Shown here one piece after another: positions 9,591 to 19,782 of a stretch of DNA of 64,000 bases (positions are counted from its first letter, which is position 1; every line of letters begins with the position of its first letter). The notes below the pieces were generated by a model, which was not told the DNA's origin, ran no database searches, and saw only the letters and a list, made by a program, of their open reading frames with translations. The stretch is from the NCBI GenBank assembly GCA_963674705.1, contig OY771506.1:4832001-4896000 (forward strand), read 5' to 3'. Position numbers and translations under genes: made by a program. The stretch comes from Phycisphaeraceae bacterium (GTDB taxonomy: Bacteria > Planctomycetota > Phycisphaerae > Phycisphaerales > Phycisphaeraceae).

Positions 9591-11021
9591 ATGGATATGA
9601 TTCAGAATGTTCAAACGACTCGCTGGGGCGCCGTCTTGGGTGTGGGCGTGCTTGCGTGTACCGCCTCACTAAGCAGCGCGGCCAATCTAGCGGTGTTCGA
9701 CGTGGACCTGTTCGATGCGTCGGGTTACACCTATACAGACTTCTCCCCGGCGGGGGTGGTCGATACGTCTAGCGGTTACATCAGCATCGATCTGCAGACC
9801 GACAGCGACGGCAACAACGGCCTGTTCGGTGGACTCGGGGCTGATGTCACCGCGTGGCCTGTCGACTTCGATCCCTCCAGCGCTCAGCTTGAAGTGACTC
9901 TCCGTGTTGATGCGACGAACGTCGCCTCCGAGTTCCGTGTCGTCCTGACCGACCTCGACGGGACCCTGAACGCCGAAGACTATCAGTTCAACTTCAATAT
10001 CGCCTCGGTCACACCCGGCTCGTTCGTGACACTTACTCAGAACCTGACCTCGCCCGGCCCGGTCTACAGCCAGACCACGTTCGGCTACGGGCCCGGTGAC
10101 GGCATCCAGAATTACGGTCTGAAAACCGTGCAGGTCCAGAGTGTCTTCGCGGGGACTGATCCGCTGGTCATCGACATCGACACCATCAAGATCGTTGATC
10201 CCGACGACCCGACCATCGCCCGGCTGGATGCCGCGACGTACGACGGAGCGTTTTCGAGTTTTACATTCGGTTCAATGAGTTCTGCGGGCGCAGTGGTTAC
10301 CACCAGTGGTAACATCGTAGTGGATGCCGAGTTGCAAGCCGGCGGCGACTTCCCCGGTACGTCGTTCGGTGGATTAGGTGTCGAATATGCAAACGTTGAC
10401 TTCGAAGCGACCGAAGCCGAACTGGTCGTCAACGCCAAGCTCCTGGCGAACAACGACGCCTCAACGTTCAACGTTCTACTCAGCGATGAAGACCCCGACG
10501 GCGCCGGGGATGATTTTATCTTCAGCTTCGATACCACCGACTTCAATACGACCGACTTCACCGAGGTCGTGATCCCACTGGGCAGCGGCTCGGAGTCGGG
10601 CGTCACGACGACGTACGGGCTCAACCCCGGCGATATGCTCCAGAACTTCGGCCTGATCAAGATACAGCTGCAGACCGAGGGGGCATCAGCGACCTCACGG
10701 CTGAACATCGAGATCGAAAGCATCGAGATCCGTGAGTTGACGGTAGCGAACTTGCCCGGCGACTTGAATGGTGATGGATTCGTCGGCTTGGACGACCTGG
10801 ATATCATCCTCACCAATTGGAACCTGAACGTGCCGCCGGCTGACGCCGCCGCCGATCCAACCGGCGACGGGTTCGTGGGGCTGGCTGATCTGGACATCGT
10901 GCTGAATAATTGGAACACCGGCACCCCACCCAGCGGCAGCGCTATCCCGGAACCGGCATCGTTTGCCTTACTAAGCCTCGGTGGCTTGGTGGTGCTGTGG
11001 CGCAGAGGATCATTCTCCTGA
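9591..11021 (+). CDS. PEP-CTERM protein with two tandem CBM-like domains and dockerin-like repeat
   Basis: Internal duplication (FGGLG.D/E...DF...LEV...QNYGL/QNFGL); GDLNGDGFVGLDDLDIILTNWN; IPEPASFALL...RR. Confidence 0.9.
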   Translation: MDMIQNVQTTRWGAVLGVGVLACTASLSSAANLAVFDVDLFDASGYTYTDFSPAGVVDTSSGYISIDLQTDSDGNNGLFGGLGADVTAWPVDFDPSSAQLEVTLRVDATNVASEFRVVLTDLDGTLNAEDYQFNFNIASVTPGSFVTLTQNLTSPGPVYSQTTFGYGPGDGIQNYGLKTVQVQSVFAGTDPLVIDIDTIKIVDPDDPTIARLDAATYDGAFSSFTFGSMSSAGAVVTTSGNIVVDAELQAGGDFPGTSFGGLGVEYANVDFEATEAELVVNAKLLANNDASTFNVLLSDEDPDGAGDDFIFSFDTTDFNTTDFTEVVIPLGSGSESGVTTTYGLNPGDMLQNFGLIKIQLQTEGASATSRLNIEIESIEIRELTVANLPGDLNGDGFVGLDDLDIILTNWNLNVPPADAAADPTGDGFVGLADLDIVLNNWNTGTPPSGSAIPEPASFALLSLGGLVVLWRRGSFS

Positions 11022-11189
11022 TGCATAAGACACCTATGCTGATGGCACGTAAGAGATGTGCGAATCATGCAGGCTGGCGAGGAGATATCTTCGCCAGCCT
11101 GCTGTATATGGTCATAGCGACGCTCTGCGTCGACGTCGTAAGAGTTCAAAACTCAGCCGACAGACAGAGCCACCTTTCAGCCGGTTTCT

Positions 11190-11528
11190 TCAGTCGTAAT
11201 CGATTGGCTTCTTGCCCAGATCAAGGACGAGGTCGCAGACTTCAACCTCAAACCACTCGAGGAAGTTCTTCAACGTCCGCCGCGGCGGCCAGACCTCCGG
11301 GTCGCGCATCCAGCTGTTGAGTTCTTCTTCGAAGATGGCCGGCCAAAGGCGACGCACGACTTTCTTGATGTCATGCGTATCCGCCACTTCATCGATCAGG
11401 ATGATCTTCGCTGGATGATGATCCGGGTCGTACTTCGGGCCGCCGTCATCAAAGGCATTCGCCCAATCGATGTAAGGCTGCTTCGGCCTGACCACCAATG
11501 CCGTGCGATTCAAGAACTCCATGGTCAC
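11190..11528 (-). CDS. Small hypothetical passenger protein
   Basis: 112 aa ([18 protein letters not shown]...FEEELNSW...WP..RT...FLEWFEVE); GTG overlaps the transposase stop; lies inside the IRs. Confidence 0.75.
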   Translation of the reverse strand: MTMEFLNRTALVVRPKQPYIDWANAFDDGGPKYDPDHHPAKIILIDEVADTHDIKKVVRRLWPAIFEEELNSWMRDPEVWPPRRTLKNFLEWFEVEVCDLVLDLGKKPIDYD

Positions 11529-12619
11529 GCCGCTGTGCTCCTGTGGTGATAGTACTTCAACATGCCGCCCAAGCGTTCATGACATTCGATCGGGCCGGAT
11601 GATGGGTTGACCTGATCGGAATCGAGCAGCTGATTGCCCATCCCCTGGTGATTGCGTTCGCGGTGATAGTGGGCGACGTATTCATCAACAGCATGGCGTA
11701 GATGGGCTTCGCCAATTGGGATCATCTGATCCAGGCACTCTTCCTTGATGGAGCGTATGAAGCGCTCGCAATAAGCGTTCAGATTGGGGCTCCTTGGCGG
11801 GAGCCGGACAGGGTTCACACCCGACCCCTCTAATGTCTCGCGAAACTCGTGGGTGAAGACCGGGTCCCGATCATGGATCAGAAATCGCTTATGCCGGAGG
11901 AATCCGTCGATCCCATCCGTGAGGTTGCGTGCGACTTGTATCATCCATGGGCCGTCGGGTTGCGGGCAGATACCTGCCACCTCAACGTGCCGTGTGGCCA
12001 GGTCCATCACGATCAGCACGTGATAACGAACCAGGCCACCGAGTGTCCAAACTTCCACCGTGAAGAAGTCGGCTGCCGCGAGGTGTTCCCAGTGCGCCTT
12101 GAGGAAAGTCTCCCAGCTTCCGCGTTTGCTTCGCTTGGGCGCCGGCTCAATACCCTGCGCCTTGAGAATCCGACCGATCGTAGTGTCACTGACCCGATGG
12201 CCCAGGTTTGATAGTGCGCCTTCGATGCGGTCGTAGCCCCAGTCCTTGTTCTCCGTCGCCATGCGCACCACCAAGGCCCGGATCTCTTTCATCACGCCCG
12301 GGCGCCCGGGTCCGCGGTTCTTGCTGCCATCGTACTTCCTGGCGATCAACCGTCGGTGCCAACGCAGCAGCGTATCTGGCGTAACGAGCGTGCCCAGTTC
12401 TCGCAATACTTTGCGCCCCAACCTCTTAGCTTTGGCTGCAAGCCTCCGCCGCTGGTCATCGGTGAAGCGCAGACGCTTCTCACCAAGCTGCTCACGCAGT
12501 ACCCGGTTCTCTTCTTTAAGGTAGTCAATCACAGACTGCTGGTGCCGATTGACCCAGCCCGACAACGCAACCAACACGAACAGCCACGGGCAGTAACTCA
12601 TCCCGGCTATTCTCCCCAA
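11525..12619 (-). CDS. Integrase core domain (rve) transposase
   Basis: [73 protein letters not shown]. Confidence 0.92.
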   Translation of the reverse strand: MGRIAGMSYCPWLFVLVALSGWVNRHQQSVIDYLKEENRVLREQLGEKRLRFTDDQRRRLAAKAKRLGRKVLRELGTLVTPDTLLRWHRRLIARKYDGSKNRGPGRPGVMKEIRALVVRMATENKDWGYDRIEGALSNLGHRVSDTTIGRILKAQGIEPAPKRSKRGSWETFLKAHWEHLAAADFFTVEVWTLGGLVRYHVLIVMDLATRHVEVAGICPQPDGPWMIQVARNLTDGIDGFLRHKRFLIHDRDPVFTHEFRETLEGSGVNPVRLPPRSPNLNAYCERFIRSIKEECLDQMIPIGEAHLRHAVDEYVAHYHRERNHQGMGNQLLDSDQVNPSSGPIECHERLGGMLKYYHHRSTAA

Positions 12620-13350
12620 CCGAAGCTTTGCAGGTTCGTCCCGAAAACAACGATAGATGCATCCGTTAATCTATTGATGCCAATGCACTTCTACGTCGGC
12701 TGTGTTTTGAACCCTTACGAGGTCATGATTTTAGCCATGCGATGATCGGCCGGATCCACAGGGCGTACGGGGTTCGAACCCATACTGAAGGAAAAATAAT
12801 GCGTAATCTGAGATACCTTTCTCAAGGCAAACTGGTATCCGGTTGCGGCAGTCATCTTCCCGATAAGTACTTGGATCGCTCGCTAGTCTGGCTCATTATC
12901 ACGTTATCATTGTGATATATCTGGCCAGACAATAGTTAAAGTTGCGCCAGTACGGATATACATGAAACCATAGCTTTGTAGTATGTACTCTGTCTCATCC
13001 GAGCAACCCTCACTGAGAGTAGCCGCATGACGCACGATGATTGATATAGCAGCGCAATCCTACAAAACGCTCGGTGCCGCCTACCACCCGCAACAACTGC
13101 CGAGTGACATGATGCGTATTGAAATCTTTTTCACAGCAAATACTACTGGTTGATGTTCTCACACCCCACACCAAGGGTGAGGACACAGATTAATGAACTA
13201 TTCGTATCAATAACCCATTGAACAGGTTACTTCGTCTTTGGCACATGATGGCAGATATTACAAACAGTAGAAAACGGTCAATCTGACCGCCCAACTTCTT
13301 CTTTCAATTTGATGTTGATTTTGTAATTACTGATCAAACAGAGACATGCA

Positions 13351-13395
13351 AATGGGCCCGGCAGGGCTTGAACCTGCGACCTCACCCTTATCAGG
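13351..13395 (-). repeat. att site: 45-bp direct repeat of the tRNA-Ile 3' end
   Basis: aatgggcccggcagggcttgaacctgcgacctcacccttatcagg is identical to 34105-34149. Confidence 0.95.
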
Positions 13396-13452
13396 CAAAC
13401 ACCCGCAATACAGGTAAGCCACTTTACAGCAGCATCTTAACACCAAATCACA

Positions 13453-13516
13453 CTTTCGCAATCCTTCGCATTCTTTCGCATTCTTTCGCATTTTGTCGCA
13501 TTCCATCGCGGTAACC
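13453..13516. repeat. 10-bp-periodic TTCGCA repeat block, copy 2
   Basis: Same block as 3303-3356 with one extra unit; starts 57 bp inside the att site. Confidence 0.9.
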
Positions 13517-13528
13517 GCTAAGCGCAAG

Positions 13529-14689
13529 CTATCGCGTGTCTTTGGTCAAGATCTGTAGGTACTTGTGATAAGCGTAGACACGATCTCGTTGCTTACCCGT
13601 GGTTTCACGAAGCACACCCGCGTCCTCAAGGGTCTTGATGGCCTTGATGGCGGTAGGCTTGGTGGTATTCAGAAGCTGGATAACACGTGGAAGTATCACA
13701 ACAGGATGCTCGGGCAGTTGATCGAACAGGCGGATGGCCGAAACCATCGCAGACTCGTAGCGGACCACAGCGGAACGATCCTTGTTGATCCGCGAGAACA
13801 GCGTCTGGGCGACAACCACTCCGTCGTTGGCAGCCTCACATACATATTGGAGGAAAAAGCTGATCCAGCCTTCCCAGTCACCATCGCTGCGAACCATCGC
13901 AAGCTTTTCGTAATATAGTCGTCGATGGCGTTTGAACGCCAAGCTCAGGTATAGAAGCGGCGCATCAAGCAGGCTCCAGTGCTCTACCAATAACGTGATC
14001 AGCAGACGACCGATCCGGCCGTTGCACTTGAGGAATGGGTGGATCGTCTCAAACTGGACATGCGCTAAGCCCGTCTTGATCAATGGGGGCAATGGATCAT
14101 CACCATGCAGCCAGTTGTCGAGCGCCGACATAGCTTCCAGCACTACATGGGGGGTGGCGGAACAAATATAGTGTTGCCCGGTTGGGTACCGCCGATCCAG
14201 TTCTGTGAGTATCGGATCTCACAAAGCTGCTTATCCTGGCCACGCACGCCTTTCATGAGGCGCTTGTGGACCTGACAGAGCAGCCGTGTACTCAGCGGCA
14301 AAGCCTTAAGTCGGTTGATCTCACGCCTGGGCAAAGGTCAAAGCATCGACGTAGTTACAGACCTCCTGCACGTCGTCGGGGCGATCCGCCTGATCTGTGG
14401 CCTCGTAATTGAGAACGTCCCGCAACGTCACTTGCGTACCTTCGAGCTGTGACGAAACAACTGCCTCCTTGCGTACGAAGCCGTAGAGGAACCAGTCGGC
14501 GCTGGGCACCATCGCACCTGCAACAGATAATCGGGCCAGGGATGCCATCGCCTGTGCCAACAGTTCACGCATCGTGTCGTCGACCACCAGAACGGGATCG
14601 GCCGGAGGAAGCGGATGCGGGATAAAAGCTCTGACCTGCTCTTCGCCGACCTTGGAGGTGTGGTAGATACCGGTTTCCCTGGATTTCAT
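13529..14689 (-). pseudogene. Fic family protein, frameshifted into three pieces
   Basis: Consecutive fragments 14321-14689, 14143-14334 and 13529-14143 (RKEAVVSSQLEGT; QNWIGG; HVQFETIHPFLKCNGRIGR, a degenerate HPFxDGNGR). Confidence 0.9.
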
Positions 14690-14822
14690 TGGCCAAACCT
14701 CCTTTACTTAGCGGGTTCGCTAATAAAGATGTCTTATCTAGTGACAGGGGCTAGTCAAGCCCACTTTACTTGTCGCCGCGAGCGAGTTTTGCGGGCTGTA
14801 AGCCAACCAAATGATTGCCATT

Positions 14823-15045
14823 GCCGATATCGATCTACGCAACTATAGATCCGGGTCCGATCCATCATGTGGATTTGCCCTCTTGGAACTTCACATGAGA
14901 CTTTCAGCCCCCAGCCGCCCTCCGAATCATTGACCATATAGCTGTAACTCTAGGGCAAACCTTAATGATGACACGGTCCAGGATTGCGTCGCTTCCATCA
15001 CCTGTCCTGCAATAAGTTGCCGAGATGAACCACGCGCATAGCAAG
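14823..15045 (+). pseudogene. Short 5' relic of a transposase homologous to 32581-32810
   Basis: Translates IDHIAVTLGQTLMMTRSRIASLPSPVLQ*VAEMNHAHS versus IDHVAVTLGQALMLARSRIVSLPSPVLQIMAERNHAHS at ~32690-32800. Confidence 0.8.
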
Positions 15046-15299
15046 GGTTTTGAGCACAACTTATGTAGTGAAACACATCACCGAACCAATAATCTGTTGG
15101 TCGCATGATGTAATCTTGGTCTCTTTTGTCAACTCAGAGCCTTGACGACACGTGTCGTCTGCGGATTACGCCTGTGGCTGCCAAAAGGATGCGACGGAGG
15201 ACATACAACATAAGTGCTATATTTATAATAGTCTTTTTTACAATTCATTACACCTATTCCATTGGTATAATCACCGCCTGCTTGAATCGTGCTACATAG

Positions 15300-15318
15300 T
15301 GATATATACTATATATCA
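15300..15318. promoter_or_regulatory. Putative GntR operator
   Basis: Perfect palindrome TGATATATA-C-TATATATCA just upstream of the 15342 operon. Confidence 0.6.
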
Positions 15319-15341
15319 TAAAGTAATTCAAGGATCGTCGT

Positions 15342-16934
15342 GTGATTCGAGACCCTGTTCTCATTAGGCCCAAATACTTCCACCCCGGTCTCGTTCAAGC
15401 GTATGACGTGGAACTCACCCGTGACATATGCGTGTATGGGGGGACGGCTGCGGGTGTCGTGGCTGCTGTTACTGCTGTTTCACGGGGGATGTCAGTTGTC
15501 CTGCTTCATCCCGGCCAAGCGATAGGTGGTATGACCACCAACGGTCTTGGCTACACAGACATGGGCAACGCACACGCCATCGGAGGTAGAGCACGCCAGT
15601 TCTTTCGTGATGCTGGGCGGCACTATGGTGTACCTGAATCCTGGACCAACGAACCACACATCGCCCAGCAGGTTCTTGATGACTGGATTGAGCAGCACAA
15701 CATCCAAGTGATTCACCACTGCTACATAAATTCTGTAGAAGTGGACAAAGACCGAATCATGCGTCTGCATGTGCTTGGTGGCTTGGCCGTCAAGGCCAGT
15801 ATTTTCATCGACACAAGTTATGAGGGTGACCTACTCGCCCGGGCCGGTGTTAGTTATACGATTGGCAGGGAAGATAACGCGGCTTATGGTGAAACACATA
15901 ACGGTGTACAGGTACATACCACGCACCAGTTTGATTGCAGAGTGGATCCCTACCGTACTCAAGGTGTTCCAAGCAGTGGTTTACTTCCGTTCGTAGAGCC
16001 TGGTGCACCAGACACCATAGGACAAGGAGATCGGCGTATCCAGGCGTACTGTTTCCGGATTTGTATGACGCAAGTTACGGATAAGCAGCTACCATTCCCA
16101 AAACCAGATAAGTATATATCGGAGTGGTACGAACTTGCTGCACGCTGGTTGAGAAGTACTCATACTAATGTGTTCGAAAAGTTTGACCACATCCAAAACA
16201 ATAAGACCGATACAAACAACCATGGTGCCGTCTCGACGGACTTCATCGGTGCCAGTTATGACTGGCCAGAGGCGAGTTACGAACAACGCGAGGCAATCTT
16301 CCAGTCGCACGTACGCTATCAGCAGGGTTTACACTGGTTCATGGCGAACGACGCAAGTGTGCCGGTAAAGATCCGCGAAAGGTATGCCTCATGGGGATTG
16401 GCATTGGATGAGTTCGAGGATTCAGGCCATTGGCCATCTCAACTCTATATCCGGGAAGCCCGACGGATGGTGAGTGATGTTGTCGTAACAGAATTGCACT
16501 GCAGAAGTTTTGATATGAGCGAAGAGCCGGTCGGAATGGGTGCGTATCAAATGGATTCGCACAACTGCCGGCGTTGCATACGTGACGGTGCTGTCATCAA
16601 CGAAGGCGACGTACAGGTTCCATTGCAACGGCCATATGGAATTCCATACAAATCGATCATGCCGCGCCGTGGTGAGTGCAAGAATCTATATGTGCCGGTT
16701 TGTCTTTCGGCATCGCATATCGCATTCGGATCGATACGTATGGAGCCTGTTTTTATGGTTCTGGCAGAGTCTGCCGCAATTGCCGGGTGCCTAGCGATCA
16801 AGGAATCGTGTGCCGTGCAGGACCTGCCATACGAGAGCCTACAGCACGAATTGGTCCTCGCCGACCAGGTATTGGAATGTGACATTGTTAACGAGGGTGA
16901 TGGCAACCCACACACGTTGGTTTCGATAGATTAG
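15342..16934 (+). CDS. FAD-dependent oxidoreductase (FAD_oxidored family)
   Basis: DICVYGGTAAGVVAA, GGMTTNGLG, FIDTSYEGDL, YIREARRM, YQMDSH, SASHIAFGSIRMEP. Confidence 0.9.
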   Translation: MIRDPVLIRPKYFHPGLVQAYDVELTRDICVYGGTAAGVVAAVTAVSRGMSVVLLHPGQAIGGMTTNGLGYTDMGNAHAIGGRARQFFRDAGRHYGVPESWTNEPHIAQQVLDDWIEQHNIQVIHHCYINSVEVDKDRIMRLHVLGGLAVKASIFIDTSYEGDLLARAGVSYTIGREDNAAYGETHNGVQVHTTHQFDCRVDPYRTQGVPSSGLLPFVEPGAPDTIGQGDRRIQAYCFRICMTQVTDKQLPFPKPDKYISEWYELAARWLRSTHTNVFEKFDHIQNNKTDTNNHGAVSTDFIGASYDWPEASYEQREAIFQSHVRYQQGLHWFMANDASVPVKIRERYASWGLALDEFEDSGHWPSQLYIREARRMVSDVVVTELHCRSFDMSEEPVGMGAYQMDSHNCRRCIRDGAVINEGDVQVPLQRPYGIPYKSIMPRRGECKNLYVPVCLSASHIAFGSIRMEPVFMVLAESAAIAGCLAIKESCAVQDLPYESLQHELVLADQVLECDIVNEGDGNPHTLVSID

Positions 16935-16953
16935 ATTCAGGAGTACAACTGCG

Positions 16954-18894
16954 ATGAGTTTGTTGGATGAATGCCTTTCCGTCGCCGATTCACTACATGA
17001 CGAATTAGCTCGGGGTTGGAATACGTGGGACACCCGTAGCGTGCTCTCACATGTCTTGCTGCCAGAAGGGCTGTGCGTCCGGCTGGGTTTTGCTGCGCCC
17101 GACCGTCTGAGTTGGTTAAGCGGTGACGTATTCCCTTGCCGACGATATGCGGGTCGTACGCCGGGGACGTTATTGACCAGTATGGATAAACAACTGCCGG
17201 CAGGTGACAGCATCAGCGTGTTGCCTGGCCTTCACGCGTACGACGGCAGCTATACCCAACTAGAAGTCAATCTGCGCGGGGCACGCTTTGAAGTGCAAAC
17301 CACCACACGTGGTGATGATTGGTGTGCACTGGTGCGACCACTGCAGGATGAGCCCTGGACGAGAGTTCTAACGATTGAAGCCGAAGTGTTGTGGAACCGG
17401 CCGGGTAGGATCGATCCGAAGGACGACCGGCAGTTGATGGCAAGCCTGGAAGACCGTGATGTACCAATCTATGTGACCGGTCCACCCCATGTGGATCCGA
17501 ATCTACCGGCACGCAGCCCATATATGGCTGTACGATTGGACCAACCGATCGTTATCAGTGCAAACAAGCGTGTTGAAGTGCAAGATGCCGAGGTGATGAT
17601 TTCCGAGGCTCGTAAACAACACTTGAGCACTTTTGATGTATCAGGTGAATTACACACCGCACATGAGGCGATGCAATCCTGTCTGGCGTGGAATGTCATA
17701 TACGAACCCCGATTCGATCGCGTGATCTGCACAGTAGCGCGCGATTGGAACTGTATACGGGGTGGCTATGCGGTGTTCTGCTGGGACGGCTTTCTCATGT
17801 CGTGGATGATCGGACGGGACGCTCCGAAGCTGGCATACGCGAATCTGCTTGAGATGTTTCGTGAGATGGTGAACGACTCATTTGTACCCAATATCGTTCA
17901 GGGAACTGGCCGGTCATCACGGGACCGATCGCAACCACCTGTTGGTGGGCTATGCCTATTAGCGCTGTACAGGGATCATCCAAACGAACGGGCTCTGCGC
18001 GCTGCCTGGGGACCAATGCTGGCTTGGAACCGATGGTGGCATGATAAACGTCGGAACAAACGAGGAACCTTGTCACCTGGCTCAGAGCCTTTTAAACCGC
18101 TTATCGGTGATCCAGCGGAGTTCGTTCAACCCGCGTCGGCGGCGGGAGCGGCGCTCGAATCCGGCCTTGATAATTCACCCGTCTATGACGGTGCGACATT
18201 CGACCCGATCACAAACCATATGCCGATCGAAGACGTGGGGCTAACATCACTTTATGTGGTGGATTGTGAGTCGCTGTCTCAGATAGCCATGACGATTGGG
18301 CACGACAAGGAAGCGGCCGAATTGCAGGCACGCGCCGAATCATATCGAGAGTCACTGCGCGGTCTATGGTACGACGAACAAGGCATCTTTATGAACCGCA
18401 GCTTAGACCGTCAGAATTGGCCTGATGCTACAACCTTAACGAGTTTCTATCCGCTGCTAGCGGGTGCGGCGACCGAAGAGCAGATTGATCGAATTGTTCA
18501 GGAACAGATGCTGAATCCGGATAGGTTTCATAGCCAGTGGATGGTGCCTGCGTCGCCGCGAAGTGAAAAATCCTTTACCGAACAGTTGTACCTACGTGGT
18601 CGGATCTGGCCCCCCTTCAATTTCCTTGTATATCTGGCCTTCAAACGATGCGGGCGTGATAAAGTCTGCAATTTGATTGCAGACAAGTCACTGGAAATGC
18701 TGATCGACAACTGGCGTAAGGAGAACGTTGTGGCCGAGAACTACTCGGCCTTAGACGGCAAAGGTGGACGAGAAGATCACTCGCATCCGTTGCACGGCTG
18801 GGGTGGCCTACTGGCGATGACGGGATTGATCGATAAAGGATACGCCCAGATGCCGTTGGAATCCCTGGACCTGCGTAAGCATGTTATGGGCTAA
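16954..18894 (+). CDS. GH63/trehalase-like (alpha/alpha)6 glycoside hydrolase
   Basis: GGYAVFCWD, DRSQPPVG, ESGLDNSP, YLRGRIWPPFNFLVY, VAENY. Confidence 0.85.
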   Translation: MSLLDECLSVADSLHDELARGWNTWDTRSVLSHVLLPEGLCVRLGFAAPDRLSWLSGDVFPCRRYAGRTPGTLLTSMDKQLPAGDSISVLPGLHAYDGSYTQLEVNLRGARFEVQTTTRGDDWCALVRPLQDEPWTRVLTIEAEVLWNRPGRIDPKDDRQLMASLEDRDVPIYVTGPPHVDPNLPARSPYMAVRLDQPIVISANKRVEVQDAEVMISEARKQHLSTFDVSGELHTAHEAMQSCLAWNVIYEPRFDRVICTVARDWNCIRGGYAVFCWDGFLMSWMIGRDAPKLAYANLLEMFREMVNDSFVPNIVQGTGRSSRDRSQPPVGGLCLLALYRDHPNERALRAAWGPMLAWNRWWHDKRRNKRGTLSPGSEPFKPLIGDPAEFVQPASAAGAALESGLDNSPVYDGATFDPITNHMPIEDVGLTSLYVVDCESLSQIAMTIGHDKEAAELQARAESYRESLRGLWYDEQGIFMNRSLDRQNWPDATTLTSFYPLLAGAATEEQIDRIVQEQMLNPDRFHSQWMVPASPRSEKSFTEQLYLRGRIWPPFNFLVYLAFKRCGRDKVCNLIADKSLEMLIDNWRKENVVAENYSALDGKGGREDHSHPLHGWGGLLAMTGLIDKGYAQMPLESLDLRKHVMG

Positions 18895-18919
18895 GCTGGC
18901 GGTTTTGATTCTGCACTTA

Positions 18920-19750
18920 TCAGCCATCATACTCGGGATGTCTAATCTTGTCTTCAAAATCAATCATAATGCGGCCGTTATCATAGATATCCAGTTTTTC
19001 CCGCTGTTGATCATCAAAGTGTTTCAGCGCGTGCTTTCGACCGCCACGAATATGCTTGCGCATCAACTTACCTGCTGCACTAACGTCACCGCTCTCGATG
19101 GCCTGTAGTATTTCGGTATGCTCGTCGATCACAACATCGATGCCCTGCAAACGCACGGCAGGTTGGCATTGATTGAAGACACGCGAGATTAGTCTTAAAC
19201 CCGTGATGGTTCGCATCGCCAGCAGGTTACCTGCACGCCTCAGTACAGCCATGTGGAATGTGGAGTCTGCTTCTGCGGTTTGTACGCCGAGTTTAGTACG
19301 GTCTTCTTCAGATGTGGTCTTATCGCCCTGCGCCTTAATCTGGCGAATCAATTCAATCGACTGCTTCATTTCGGCAAGCCCACGGTCACTGGATACCTGT
19401 GCGGCTCGTCGTGCAGCATAAGATTCAAGGACCTCTCGCAGCTCATATATATCGTCGATCTCAATCCGTGTAGGATTTACAACATACGTGCCGATACCCG
19501 GGCGGTGATCGAGCAGGCCCTCACCTACCATCTGGGTGATGGCTTCTCGCACCGGGATGGCACTCATCTTTAACTGCTTGGCAACCTTACGGTTAGAGAC
19601 ACGGGACCCGCGACCAAGTTCGCCAGTCTCAATCATTCGGCGAATGCTTGAATAAGCTCGTTCCTTTAACGTGTATGTGGATTCGCTCTGTGACAAGCTG
19701 CATATTCCTGTGGGTTGAAAGTTATCAACAACCACAGCATTATACAGCAT
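18920..19750 (-). CDS. GntR-family (FCD) transcriptional regulator
   Basis: SAIPVREAITQMVGEGLLDHRPGIGTYV; FCD motifs YELREVLE, FH, EHTEILQAI. Confidence 0.92.
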   Translation of the reverse strand: MLYNAVVVDNFQPTGICSLSQSESTYTLKERAYSSIRRMIETGELGRGSRVSNRKVAKQLKMSAIPVREAITQMVGEGLLDHRPGIGTYVVNPTRIEIDDIYELREVLESYAARRAAQVSSDRGLAEMKQSIELIRQIKAQGDKTTSEEDRTKLGVQTAEADSTFHMAVLRRAGNLLAMRTITGLRLISRVFNQCQPAVRLQGIDVVIDEHTEILQAIESGDVSAAGKLMRKHIRGGRKHALKHFDDQQREKLDIYDNGRIMIDFEDKIRHPEYDG

Positions 19751-19782
19751 ATTGCGAGGTATAAGCGTTTACCGGTGAATAC

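Larger units (their letters stand above)
11136..12720 (-). mobile_element. IS element with rve/integrase-core transposase and a passenger gene
   Basis: 26-bp imperfect inverted repeats TCGTAAG(A/G)GTTCAAAAC(T/A)CAGCCGAC at 11136-11161 and 12695-12720 enclose both ORFs. Confidence 0.8.

Noticed and set aside
10112..11149. 345-aa minus-strand ORF and similar long antisense ORFs over GH10, guaB, ubiD and accA
   Set aside because: They overlap well-supported genes and have the Ser/Pro/Arg-rich composition typical of shadow frames.
12761..12786. tRNA-like T-arm (GGGTTCGAACCCCGTACGCCC on the minus strand)
   Set aside because: No cloverleaf can be built. It resembles the neighbouring IS inverted repeat and may be a decayed IS end, but support is too weak to call.
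13351..13395. Second tRNA-Ile gene
   Set aside because: Only the 3' part is present; the D-arm and 5' acceptor strand are missing, so it is an att duplication.
13529..14689. Active Fic toxin or programmed frameshift
   Set aside because: Two frame breaks plus a degenerate catalytic motif indicate decay, although sequencing error cannot be excluded.
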